64,000 nucleotides of DNA from Nitrosopumilus sp. (lineage in GTDB: Archaea; Thermoproteota; Nitrososphaeria; Nitrososphaerales; Nitrosopumilaceae). The DNA lies in NCBI GenBank assembly GCA_965207445.1, contig CBDBLX010000002.1, positions 640,001 through 704,000 of the forward strand, written 5' to 3'. The stretch's first letter is position 1. Each line of letters opens with the position of its first letter. This document shows positions 9,019 through 18,808 of the stretch, in pieces. The notes under the pieces are model-generated. The model was not told the DNA's origin, ran no database searches, and was given only the letters and a program-made list of their open reading frames with translations. The translations under genes were made by a program, and so were the position numbers.

Positions 9019-10119
9019 AAATGGTATTGAGGATGGAATAGGCGTACATATTACTGCAAGCCCCACCACTACCACGTATGCAATTTTTCTGTTCTTTGGA
9101 AGTGGTGTTACCTCATCAAGTGGTGTTGCACTTGGATTTCGCATGCTCATAAACAGTATCAAAACTGCCATTATCCAGTATCCCAATATGACTAGTATTG
9201 CCATACTACCATATGTGGCATATTTGTGCATATTTGGACTCATAAAAGTTCTTGCCATATGCCCACCATCAAGCTGCCATGCAGGCAACAGGTTCAAAAA
9301 TGTAATCAAAAAACCCACCCATGCTGCAAACATCACTGGTGTCATTATAACCTCGTGTCCCTCACCACCTTTGCCAAACATGGCCAAACTTGCAGTTAAG
9401 AGCAAGGGCTCTCCATGATTCCATTCACTTAACATTCTACTCTCAAACATGCCTGCTGCAATCTCGTCTCCTATAGTGGGTGCAGTGTATGCGCCATATA
9501 CTGACACAATAATGGCAATGGCTAATCCTGCAACGGGTCCTGCAATAGCCACATCAAATAGTATGGCACGATTAATTGTAAGCCCCTTTGATTGGATAAA
9601 TGCACCAAATGTGGGAATTCCAATTACGGGCAAACCGGGTATAAAATATGGCCACGTGGTTTTGAGTCCATGTATTCGTGATGCTATAATATGTCCTGCT
9701 TCATGCACACCGAGTATTCCTAGTAATGCTACTGTGTATATAATGGCAATCTCAAGTGGATCTCCGATCTCAATTATATTATTTGTACTTGATGTGCGCC
9801 AAAATCCATCTATCATAACAAATGCAATTACCACACCAAAGAGTATTCTTGGGGTCCATGCTGCATCAAGAAGTCTATGTGGTTTTTGTTTTTGGAATTT
9901 TTGTACTATGATGTAAAGTGAGTCGTGCACCTTTGTCATCTTTGCCATATACTCTGTGCCCTCTAATGTTCTTGCAAGTTTCTCAAAATTGGATGATGAT
10001 TCAAAACTATTATCGTTTATCCTAAACTCTAGTGTAAATTCTGTTTTTATGATTTGCGTCACATCAAATAACGACTCTATTGTCTGTATGACATCTGTAT
10101 GTGGTTCTACATCTTCCAT
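9010..10119 (-). CDS. Site-2 protease (peptidase M50)
   Basis: HEAGH, AGP and NLLPAWQLDGGH motifs; multiple TM helices. Confidence 0.93.
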   Translation of the reverse strand: MEDVEPHTDVIQTIESLFDVTQIIKTEFTLEFRINDNSFESSSNFEKLARTLEGTEYMAKMTKVHDSLYIIVQKFQKQKPHRLLDAAWTPRILFGVVIAFVMIDGFWRTSSTNNIIEIGDPLEIAIIYTVALLGILGVHEAGHIIASRIHGLKTTWPYFIPGLPVIGIPTFGAFIQSKGLTINRAILFDVAIAGPVAGLAIAIIVSVYGAYTAPTIGDEIAAGMFESRMLSEWNHGEPLLLTASLAMFGKGGEGHEVIMTPVMFAAWVGFLITFLNLLPAWQLDGGHMARTFMSPNMHKYATYGSMAILVILGYWIMAVLILFMSMRNPSATPLDEVTPLPKNRKIAYVVVVGLAVICTPIPSSIPFLS

Positions 10120-10192
10120 GACTTACAATACCTATAATGTTTATTGTCTCTTATGTGCTTTGAATTAAATATAAAGTGTCTGATATGCACAT

Positions 10193-10690
10193 ATGCAAGA
10201 TGTCTTAAGAAGTGTGGGAGATTGCACCATAAGACGCGCAGACACTCTTGATATTATTTCTGTAATGGAGATAAATCTTAAGACATTGCCAGAACATTAT
10301 TCTGATTATTTTTATGAGGCTATACTTGCAGAGATGCCAGAAGCATTTTTGGTGGCACAAGTAGATGATAAGATAGTCGGATATATCATGTGTAAAGTTG
10401 AGCATGGATTTTCAAACTTTCGGAAACTTGGATTTGTCAAAAAAGGTCATATGGTATCAGTTGCTGTATTAGATGAGTATCGAAGAGGTGGAATTGGACG
10501 TGTATTGGTAGAAGAGTCGATAAAAGGAGTGGCCATGCGTGGATGCGACGAGTTTTATTTAGAGGTGAGATGTAGCAACATGTTAGCTGTCCGGCTATAT
10601 GAGCGACTCGGTTTTGAGGTAAGACAGAGACTTGGTGCGTATTACAAGGATGGTGAGGATGCGTACTTGATGTCAAAAGAAATAAATTAA
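10193..10690 (+). CDS. rimI: RimI/Ard1-type N-terminal acetyltransferase
   Basis: LPEHYS, YRRGGIG, LEVR.SN..A..LY and YY.DGEDAY motifs. Confidence 0.9.
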   Translation: MQDVLRSVGDCTIRRADTLDIISVMEINLKTLPEHYSDYFYEAILAEMPEAFLVAQVDDKIVGYIMCKVEHGFSNFRKLGFVKKGHMVSVAVLDEYRRGGIGRVLVEESIKGVAMRGCDEFYLEVRCSNMLAVRLYERLGFEVRQRLGAYYKDGEDAYLMSKEIN

Positions 10691-10781
10691 AACTATATGT
10701 ATATACATCTATTTTTATTTGTTTTTATGTGATGAGTAATATATACAAAATCTAAAATATACCACATTTTGTCTTTATTTT

Positions 10782-12488
10782 GTGAAAGTCAAAGTCATAA
10801 AATCGACTTCTGCAAAGTCCAATATTGACATGATCTGTGGATTTGTCTTTTCTGATGATAAAAATAAACTGCCTTTGTTTCTTGTTGATATGTTTGATCA
10901 TGATGATGATGATGATAATAATAATGATGATAATAATGCTCTATTATCTGCCCTCATATCTCAGTCTGTCTGTGATATGTCAGGTAAACGTGGACAAATT
11001 ACACTAATCCCAACATCTTTAAAAAAACCTGCAAAGCGTATACTGCTTGCTGGCCTTGGCGAGCGCACAGAACTTACACTTGACACCATACGACACGTAT
11101 CTGGGATAATTGCAAAAAAGGCAAAAGAGTTAAAGCTAGGCGAGTTTATTGTTGTGCCCCCAACTGAAACTGATCTCTTGTACAGTGATATTGCATCTGC
11201 TATTGCAGAAGGATCTGTTATGTCTACGTATGGATTCAACAGTTTCAAAAGTAAGATTGACAAGTTTGATGATGATGATGCTCTTATTGTCGGCAAGATC
11301 CCAAAAGACAAACTAGCAGATGATAAATCTTCTATTGATGCTATACTGTCTGAGATACTAGCCACATCCAAAAGATCAGAGTTCACACAACGACTACCAA
11401 TTCCACACCCAAATCTTTCCATTTTAATATATAATGACAACAAAATAGAGCCAATTAACACCATATCTGATGCAGTACGCACATCTGTCATTACATCTTA
11501 TGGGAACTTGTTTGTTCGTGGTGTGGCTAATCTACCTCCTAACATATGTCCACCAAAAATGCTTGCAGATATTGCACGTATACTTGCAAAAAAGAACAAC
11601 CTAAAGTGTACAATAATCCCAAAGTGTAATCTCAAAGATCGTGGCTTTGGTGGAATTACAGCAGTAGGACAAGGAAGTAAAAATGAACCCTATTTGATAA
11701 TACTAGAACATTCTGGTTCTAAAAAGAAAAGCACTAATAGCAAACCCATAGTTCTTGTTGGCAAAGCAGTCACATTTGATACGGGTGGAATATCGATAAA
11801 GCCTGGTTCGGGTATGGATGAGATGAAGTTTGACAAATGTGGTGGATGTACTGTCCTTGGTATAATGAAGACTGTCTCTGAGTTGGGATTGCACAATAGA
11901 GTAATTGGCATCATACCTGCAGTTGAGAACATGCCTGGAGGTGAGTCGTATAGGCCTGGTGACATAATAAAGTTGTACAGTGGTAAAACTGCAGAGATAC
12001 TAAACACTGATGCCGAAGGACGATTAATATTAGCAGATGCCTTGTCGTATGGTGAACAACACTACAAACCAAGTCAGATAATTGACTTTGCCACATTGAC
12101 TGGCGCCTGTATTGTCGCACTTGGCACAAATGTGGCCGGTATGATCTCAAATGATCAAAATTTGGCAGATCAAATAAGAAAGTCCTCACAACACACCTCT
12201 GAATTAGTATGGGAACTTCCACTTGACCAAGATTATATGGATATGATCAAATCTTCTGTTGCTGATATGAAGAATATGGGCATTGGGCGTGCTGCTGGAA
12301 CTATTGCCGCTGCTGCATTTTTAAAGAATGCCATTAATGATGATACTCCTTGGGTGCATCTTGATATTGCTGGTGTGGCGTGGATGCAGACTGCAACCAA
12401 ATCGCGCTCTTACAAATCAAAGGGTGCAACAGGATTTGGCTTGCGATTAATAATTGATCATTTACTTAAGATTGATCGCAAAAAATGA
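10782..12488 (+). CDS. pepA: Leucyl aminopeptidase (M17)
   Basis: GKAVTFDTGG, MKFDK and NTDAEGRL signatures. Confidence 0.95.
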   Translation: MKVKVIKSTSAKSNIDMICGFVFSDDKNKLPLFLVDMFDHDDDDDNNNDDNNALLSALISQSVCDMSGKRGQITLIPTSLKKPAKRILLAGLGERTELTLDTIRHVSGIIAKKAKELKLGEFIVVPPTETDLLYSDIASAIAEGSVMSTYGFNSFKSKIDKFDDDDALIVGKIPKDKLADDKSSIDAILSEILATSKRSEFTQRLPIPHPNLSILIYNDNKIEPINTISDAVRTSVITSYGNLFVRGVANLPPNICPPKMLADIARILAKKNNLKCTIIPKCNLKDRGFGGITAVGQGSKNEPYLIILEHSGSKKKSTNSKPIVLVGKAVTFDTGGISIKPGSGMDEMKFDKCGGCTVLGIMKTVSELGLHNRVIGIIPAVENMPGGESYRPGDIIKLYSGKTAEILNTDAEGRLILADALSYGEQHYKPSQIIDFATLTGACIVALGTNVAGMISNDQNLADQIRKSSQHTSELVWELPLDQDYMDMIKSSVADMKNMGIGRAAGTIAAAAFLKNAINDDTPWVHLDIAGVAWMQTATKSRSYKSKGATGFGLRLIIDHLLKIDRKK

Positions 12489-12492
12489 CAAT

Positions 12493-12624
12493 CTAATATC
12501 CTCGACTATTTCGGTCAGGTTTATCTACATTTGGATTTCTCCATCCGTGTTTCTCCATCATGTGGTTTAGTAGTCTTATGTCATTGTCAAATTTTTGGCC
12601 GCATATAGCACAGATTGAACTCAT
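12493..12624 (-). CDS. Small C2H2 zinc-finger protein (start uncertain)
   Basis: CAICGQKF..L.NHMMEKH. The longer 87-aa ORF starts inside the IS66 end, so the Met at 12624 is preferred. Confidence 0.55.
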   Translation of the reverse strand: MSSICAICGQKFDNDIRLLNHMMEKHGWRNPNVDKPDRNSRGY

Positions 12625-12762
12625 AATATCTGTCTTATACCATACTATTAATTTTGTATCATCTGAATTACCGCAGTAATTACATTTGAATTTTTTTGTG
12701 TGTGTTATTGAAATTTTGGTGTGAACCAACCTATTTTGGCATAATAACAAGATCATATATTT

Positions 12763-14742
12763 TTAAGATGCATCATCAGATGGTGGGCCAATGATTTTAC
12801 ACAACTCCTCCCAGACATTTAGTCCACGCAGCTTCCACGTCTCAACACAACTGAGCATCACACAGAGATTTTCTGCTCCCTTGTCACTCTTCAACTGCAG
12901 ATGACTGTTCCTCTGACCTATTACAGGTTTCATTGACTGTTCTCCAATATTTGTGGTAGAGTAGACAAATGGATACAAAACAAATGTAAAAAGTTCGGGC
13001 GCTGCGTTTTTTAGTGTGGTGCCAAACTTTTTCATTATTTCATATCTGCTTTTTTTGTATCTAGATATTATACCACATAACCATTTTTGAAGTTTTGTAA
13101 CATATGAACGCCTACTCTTTAAAGAGCGGTCGCCACGAGTCCATTTGCGCAACGCGATAAATTTTCTGTTCAACTCATTGTACAGATTGGTAGCAGATTC
13201 AAGTTCACTACGATTTGAAATAGTTCTACTCTCCCGCACAATGTGTTGTGTGCAGCGCTGTTTTATGTGATTTGGAAATACAGTATCATATCCACGGTAT
13301 CCATCTCGACTTATTGCACCAATACAATTTTTGGCCTGTGCTATGAGATCTGTTGCACTACGATTCTGAGCGTACATGTACGCTACAGTGTCATCGTTTC
13401 TAACTGCCATTATCCATCTTTTGGGCTCACCTTTGTATTCGGTCTCATCCATGATTACTGATCGTGATTTTTCTAATTCTGCCATGAAACCATCTCTTAT
13501 GGGTTTTAGCATTGCAGTTTGACGGTCGTATATATTGCGAATTGTCGTATCAGAAACATCTAGTTTGAACAGATTCTTTAAATCTTCTGAAACCATTTTA
13601 GGGGTCTTTCTGTGCGTGGATTGATATGTTACATAGCGAATTACAGAGTAATCGAACTGACCTTTTGGTGGAAGGTTATTTTTAGCTTGAAATTTTGCAC
13701 CACAGTCAAGACAATTGTACTGGGCAGTTTTGTGTAGTGTGACAGTGTGAGGGACAAATTCAGGTATCGAAACTATTGTCCGTTTTTTATCCTTGTGGAG
13801 GTCTTGTATGTTGTTTTTACCACACTCTGGGCAACATGTAGCAATATGTCTCTTTTTTTCTGTTGGTTTGAATATATGAGTGCCACCATTATGCCCTAAA
13901 ACACCACTTCGTTTGTTGGGTTTAGCCTTGTCAGTCTTTGCACCATTTGTGTTGTTTTTGTTTTGTGCAGATGTTTTTGACTTATTATTTTTTGATTTAT
14001 TGTTTTTTGATTTATTTGGATGTATGGCGCCCTGCTTTGATGATGGTGTATGGGCATTCTCATAATAGTTGAGCTTTGTCTCATAATTTTGTATGGTTGT
14101 GTCTTTTTTCTGACTTTGTTTTTTTATAGCAGTGTTATTCTTTTCTAGGTTTGAGTTATCTTCTTCTAATGTATTGACACGGCTCTTTAATGTATTTATG
14201 ATATGATCTTTTTTCTTTAGCTCTTCATCTTTTTTCTTTAGCTCTTCATCTTTTTTCTTTAGCTCTTCATCTTTTTTCTTTAGCTCTTCATCTTTTTTCT
14301 TTAGCTCTTCATCTTTTTTCTTTAGCTCTTCATCTTTTTTCTTTAGCTCTTCATCTTTTTTCTTTAGCTCTTCATCTTTTTTCTTTAGCTCTTCATCTTT
14401 TTTCTTTAGCTCTTCATCTTTTTTCTTTAGCTCTTCATCTTTTTTCTTTAGCTCTTCATCTTTTTTCTTTAGCTCTTCATCTTTTTTCTTTAGCTCTTCA
14501 TCTTTTTTCTTTAGCTCTTCATCTTTTTTCTTTAGCTCTTCATCTTTTTTCTTTAGCTCTTCATCTTTTTTCTTTAGCTCTTCATCTTTTTTCTTTAGCT
14601 CTTCATCTTTTTTCTTTAGCTCTTCATCTTTTTTCTTTAGCTCTTCATCTTTTTTCTGTTCAAGTTGCTGAATTTTCTTTTCATATTTTATTTTTAATTG
14701 AATACATGCATCGTCTGCTTTGTTTGGTCTTTTTTGACTCAT
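12763..14742 (-). CDS. IS66-family DDE transposase with expanded N-terminal coiled coil
   Basis: Zinc finger CPECG..CLDCG; MDET, SRDGY, QRC.QH..R and TTN.GEQ motifs. Confidence 0.92.
   Translation of the reverse strand: MSQKRPNKADDACIQLKIKYEKKIQQLEQKKDEELKKKDEELKKKDEELKKKDEELKKKDEELKKKDEELKKKDEELKKKDEELKKKDEELKKKDEELKKKDEELKKKDEELKKKDEELKKKDEELKKKDEELKKKDEELKKKDEELKKKDEELKKKDEELKKKDEELKKKDEELKKKDHIINTLKSRVNTLEEDNSNLEKNNTAIKKQSQKKDTTIQNYETKLNYYENAHTPSSKQGAIHPNKSKNNKSKNNKSKTSAQNKNNTNGAKTDKAKPNKRSGVLGHNGGTHIFKPTEKKRHIATCCPECGKNNIQDLHKDKKRTIVSIPEFVPHTVTLHKTAQYNCLDCGAKFQAKNNLPPKGQFDYSVIRYVTYQSTHRKTPKMVSEDLKNLFKLDVSDTTIRNIYDRQTAMLKPIRDGFMAELEKSRSVIMDETEYKGEPKRWIMAVRNDDTVAYMYAQNRSATDLIAQAKNCIGAISRDGYRGYDTVFPNHIKQRCTQHIVRESRTISNRSELESATNLYNELNRKFIALRKWTRGDRSLKSRRSYVTKLQKWLCGIISRYKKSRYEIMKKFGTTLKNAAPELFTFVLYPFVYSTTNIGEQSMKPVIGQRNSHLQLKSDKGAENLCVMLSCVETWKLRGLNVWEELCKIIGPPSDDAS
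14206..14657 (-). repeat. Perfect 21-bp tandem repeat, ~21.5 copies (KKDEELK)
   Basis: Unit ctcttcatcttttttctttag repeated head-to-tail without mismatch. Confidence 0.98.
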
Positions 14743-14936
14743 AGTATTGGTAAAAACCTTTGATCATATAAGTGTATTTATTATTTCCACTGATTTAGAT
14801 AGATTAATTTAAATATGAGAAAAAATATTATCGTAAAACCTTAAAATCTAAATTATTTTATTTATTCATATTCAAATTTTAAATGAATATATCAGTCAGG
14901 GAGGTTGGTTCACACAAATTTTGTAATAAAGTAGAA

Positions 14937-15055
14937 AATGCCAGCACTGTTGCTTCCCAAGGGCTCTCGCATCTTAGTAGCACAACAGCGACATCAGGTT
15001 TGACTTCCAAGTTCGGAACGGGATTGGGTCGCACCCTGACGCTATGGCCGGCTTG
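14937..15055 (-). rRNA. rrf: 5S rRNA (stand-alone)
   Basis: Reverse complement GCCGGCCATAGCGTCAGGG..CCCGTTCCGAAC..GAAGTCAAACC..GCTGGC matches archaeal 5S consensus; ends approximate. Confidence 0.92.
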
Positions 15056-15267
15056 TTATGTTATGTCTGAGACTTGCCTATTAACGTAACGAATTTTTAA
15101 CTTGTGCAAACTCGTCAATCATTCTATAATATTTGGTATATCAGAGTTACAATAATGTCAAATATGATCTTCATTAAAATGATAATATTGTTGATAGTGT
15201 GATAGTTTTATAATATTTCGTAAAAAAAACTATTTTATACCTTTGATGTGGAGGGTCATTGGTTTAC

Positions 15268-18249
15268 ATGAAAAAAATCATCAGTGTATCCTTGTTTAGT
15301 TTGTTGATTGTATCATCTTTGATTGGTTTTGATATGGCAAATACACAAGGCGGCGATTCAAGTACAAAGATGTCTATCAAAGAGGCTAGTGCTCAAAAAC
15401 CCTACCCGCCTGAACAAATAGGACGCCTCCCAACCTCAGACATGCTACCTGTATGGACACCTAATCAACCAGCACAACCAACTGGAATGCCAGCTGACAT
15501 GAGTAACGTAAATGTTGTGTTTAATGTGGTTATACCATATCTTGGAGGTTGGATACATGAAGATGTCTCTCCATACTTTGCAGACCCCTCTGTTTCATTT
15601 CGCTATGTTACACTTATTCTAAATGTTGGATATGATGCCAGTGCACCCTATCACCCAACTGCAGTAGGTGTATACTCTAATATCGAAAATAGACCTGCAG
15701 CCGAATATGCCGATGATGAGAACATCAATGTAGCTGTAATGCATGCTCTATACCATCTTGCACTAGAACTTGATTCGAACAAAAAGGATCGTTGGGATGA
15801 AATGCTAACTAGTATAGGACTTGATCCTACTGATAGACGTGGTCTTGACCTTGACTGTAGCACCACTCAGACGATATCTGATCCAGTTGTAATTGGTAAC
15901 TTTGCTGGAAAATGTGTCATCGAAGGACGTCAAAATGATGGATTTAACTATGGCAACACGTACTCTTACTCTGGAACTTATCCTATCATACCTAGTACCG
16001 TTAACTATACTCCTGTAAATACTGCTACCAATCTAGTAGACCCCTCAAAGTGGCAACCACAACTAGTAACCAAACATAACACACAGTTTGTACAACAGTT
16101 TGTAACCCCACAATGGGCAAATACAGAGCCATATGCAATAGGATTTAACCCTCGAGACATTAGAACACCTTCTCCTGTAAATAGTGACTATGCAAACAAT
16201 ATGGCCGGCTACAAGGCACAAGCAGATGAAGTAATTAATGCAGTTGCAGGTTTAACAGATGAGCAAAAGATGATTATCGAATATTTTGACAACAAGGCTC
16301 GTGAAGTATTGTTCTTTCCAGCAGTAGAGGCAATCAACCCTGAGACTGGCATGCCACACAGAACAGCAGACTTTTTCCGACTAGACTTTATGTTGCACAT
16401 TGCACAGTTTGATGCAGGTATATTCACATGGCAAGAGAAAGCCATACATGATGCAGTACGCCCAATAACTGCAATTCAGACAATTTACGGTGACCAGATG
16501 ATTCGTACATTTAACGGACAGATGGTATCTGGAAATGACTGGACATCTTATGCTGATGTCGGAGACCACCCAGAGTATCCGTCTGCCACTGCTTGCTTTT
16601 GCGCAGCACAAGCTGCGGCATGGAAACAGTATCATGGTGGTAGTGATACAATTCCAACATTCCAACATCCTCTGTTAGGTCCAGTACCTGGATTCACTGG
16701 TGTCCTACCTGCTGGCTCTTCAATATATGAGCCTGGCATAACTCCTCAAAACAACGTGACTGTAAACTTTGCTACATGGTCTGATTATGTTGATACGTGT
16801 GGTGAGAGTCGTATATGGGCAGGACTGCACTTTAGAGATGCAGTAGATGCATCAATTGAGGTGTGTGATGATATAGGTAATCTTGCGTTTGCATACTTTG
16901 ATACTTTGCTAGATGGTACTGCACAATCGCCTAGAACTCCTGCTGTGGCACTAACCCCTGATTCGGGTGTACAAGAAACGATACGAATAGGTGCATTTGT
17001 TCAATATACAACTGCGATCGATGATACTCACAACTTGAGGGCAATGCAACTCTCAGTTGATGATCTTAACAGTGACTCTAGAATAATGACTGAATATAAT
17101 GTACAACTTGTACCAATAGACATTACAGAGAACATCAACAATGCAAACTATGCTGGTATATCTACAATAATGCAAAATGCAGTTATCAACCAAGGTATCA
17201 CGAACTTTATAGGCCCCGGTGACAGTGTAGCACTCGTGCCTGCAAAACTTGTCTCTGATCAGATTCCAAATACTGTATTGATATCTGCTGGGTCATCTGC
17301 ACCTGTGATACCACGTCTTAATGCTCCTCCGATTTATCTCAATGATACTAGTGATGGCGTATTTAGACTAGTACCAAGTGACACACATCAGTCTGAAAAT
17401 CTTTTAAATTTTATAGTGAGTGAAGGAAAAGAAAAGTTCATTATACTAGTTAGAGATGAATGGACATCAATTGTAACTAGTTTGATTCCAGATTCTGCTA
17501 GTGAATTGGTTGATTATCCTCTGATACCTTTTCCTAGAGCAGAAATCTTTGCAAATAACGAATCTGTTGCCATTGCAAGCCATTTAACATTTGCACAAGA
17601 TCTTGACAACAGATTAAGTGGCTTGATAACATCTCAAGGTGACGCGGATGATGTGGCAGTCTTGTTTATAGGATATCCACTTGACTTTGAGTATAGTGCA
17701 AAAGCTATCTTGTCTGATAACAGTTTGCAGAATTTACGTAATGTGAAATGGTATGGTGTTTCTACAATGATAGGTGAGTCTGCAACATTACGTGATGCAA
17801 GTGTAGCATCTTTTGCTAATAGCGTTGACTTGACGGGAACCAGATATACAGTTCAAAGCAACGACGTTAATGAAAATCTGTGTTATAGATTGCAACAACA
17901 AGGTACCATGTGTAGTCCATATGAATATGAAATATTTGCTTCGTATGATGCAGTACATTTGTTGGTAGATGCTATCATTTTATCTGATCATCGCAACAGT
18001 GATGCGGATCTGACAAACAACTTGTCTGTAAGAGATGCTGTATATCGTGTGGCAGCAGGACAAGACCAGCATCATTTGGCTAGTGACAGAAGAGCTGTTG
18101 GTTCTGGTGCTTTGGGTGACTATGTGCTTAACTCTGCAGGTGATTTGGAAAAACCTAGACCACTAGAGTATTCAATATTGAGTGCAACTATTGATCCGTC
18201 AAATCCATGGACCAAATTATTATCATCATCATCTCCAATATGTCGCTAG
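15268..18249 (+). CDS. Secreted vanadium-haloperoxidase/PAP2-like protein fused to a type-1 periplasmic-binding-protein-like domain
   Basis: Signal peptide; K-x6-RP (WQEKAIHDAVRP), HPEYPSAT and SRIWAGLHF; C-terminal TIRIGA..FIGP..S..LISAGSSAP..VFRLVPSD..YDAV.L resembles LIV-type binding proteins. Confidence 0.78.
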   Translation: MKKIISVSLFSLLIVSSLIGFDMANTQGGDSSTKMSIKEASAQKPYPPEQIGRLPTSDMLPVWTPNQPAQPTGMPADMSNVNVVFNVVIPYLGGWIHEDVSPYFADPSVSFRYVTLILNVGYDASAPYHPTAVGVYSNIENRPAAEYADDENINVAVMHALYHLALELDSNKKDRWDEMLTSIGLDPTDRRGLDLDCSTTQTISDPVVIGNFAGKCVIEGRQNDGFNYGNTYSYSGTYPIIPSTVNYTPVNTATNLVDPSKWQPQLVTKHNTQFVQQFVTPQWANTEPYAIGFNPRDIRTPSPVNSDYANNMAGYKAQADEVINAVAGLTDEQKMIIEYFDNKAREVLFFPAVEAINPETGMPHRTADFFRLDFMLHIAQFDAGIFTWQEKAIHDAVRPITAIQTIYGDQMIRTFNGQMVSGNDWTSYADVGDHPEYPSATACFCAAQAAAWKQYHGGSDTIPTFQHPLLGPVPGFTGVLPAGSSIYEPGITPQNNVTVNFATWSDYVDTCGESRIWAGLHFRDAVDASIEVCDDIGNLAFAYFDTLLDGTAQSPRTPAVALTPDSGVQETIRIGAFVQYTTAIDDTHNLRAMQLSVDDLNSDSRIMTEYNVQLVPIDITENINNANYAGISTIMQNAVINQGITNFIGPGDSVALVPAKLVSDQIPNTVLISAGSSAPVIPRLNAPPIYLNDTSDGVFRLVPSDTHQSENLLNFIVSEGKEKFIILVRDEWTSIVTSLIPDSASELVDYPLIPFPRAEIFANNESVAIASHLTFAQDLDNRLSGLITSQGDADDVAVLFIGYPLDFEYSAKAILSDNSLQNLRNVKWYGVSTMIGESATLRDASVASFANSVDLTGTRYTVQSNDVNENLCYRLQQQGTMCSPYEYEIFASYDAVHLLVDAIILSDHRNSDADLTNNLSVRDAVYRVAAGQDQHHLASDRRAVGSGALGDYVLNSAGDLEKPRPLEYSILSATIDPSNPWTKLLSSSSPICR

Positions 18250-18424
18250 TTGTCTCAAATACTATATTTACAGTACAATAAAGATACCATTAAAAATATA
18301 ATCAAAAGTACTTGTAGTATGTCTATGATATTTTTTGATTAAAATAATTTTGCAAAGCAGTATTTGTAAATAAAATATATGATTAAACTACTTTAACCTG
18401 TCAGTGGTGCTATTGACGTTATTG

Positions 18425-18572
18425 ACGTGAACCAATATCCATAAATAATATAATCATTTAAAAATAACTACTAGCCAAATGCATCGCATGTACGATACTC
18501 GATATGCAGAAAAAATGTGAGCAAATACACGTATGTGATTTTATTATTATATCCAAAGAGTTTGGTTCACAC
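18425..18572. mobile_element. 148-bp MITE with ends matching the IS66 at 12719
   Basis: Ends acGTGAACCAA / TTGGTTCACAC; 8-bp TSD CGTTATTG (18417-18424 / 18573-18580). Confidence 0.8.
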
Positions 18573-18585
18573 CGTTATTGATATT

Positions 18586-18683
18586 GATGCTATTGTGGTG
18601 ATGCTATTGTGGTGATGCTATTGTGGTGATGCTATTGTGGTGATGCTATTGTGGTGATGCTATTGTGGTGATGCTATTGTGGT
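18586..18683. repeat. 14-bp tandem repeat x7 (GATGCTATTGTGGT)
   Basis: Seven identical adjacent units with no spacers. Confidence 0.97.
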
Positions 18684-18808
18684 GATGATGGTGTTATTGT
18701 TTTTATTGTAATTTTATTTACAAATCTACAATCTACAATTAAACGATTATTATAATATCATTTAGACTTATGCACCACGTATAAAACGAGTATATTTTAG
18801 CACAATAC

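Larger units (their letters stand above)
12719..14915 (-). mobile_element. Complete IS66-family (single-ORF, ISBst12-like) insertion sequence
   Basis: Perfect 14-bp TIR GTGTGAACCAACCT (12719-12732 / 14902-14915); 8-bp TSD AAATTTTG (12711-12718 / 14916-14923). Confidence 0.93.

Noticed and set aside
14206..14657. Possible CRISPR array
   Set aside because: Identical units are head-to-tail with no spacers, are in frame within a transposase, and no cas genes are present
12719..18572. Composite transposon carrying 5S rRNA and the haloperoxidase-like gene
   Set aside because: The IS and the MITE each have their own distinct TSD, indicating independent insertions
18586..18683. Possible CRISPR or iteron array
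   Set aside because: The 14-bp units have no spacers and no cas or rep gene is nearby
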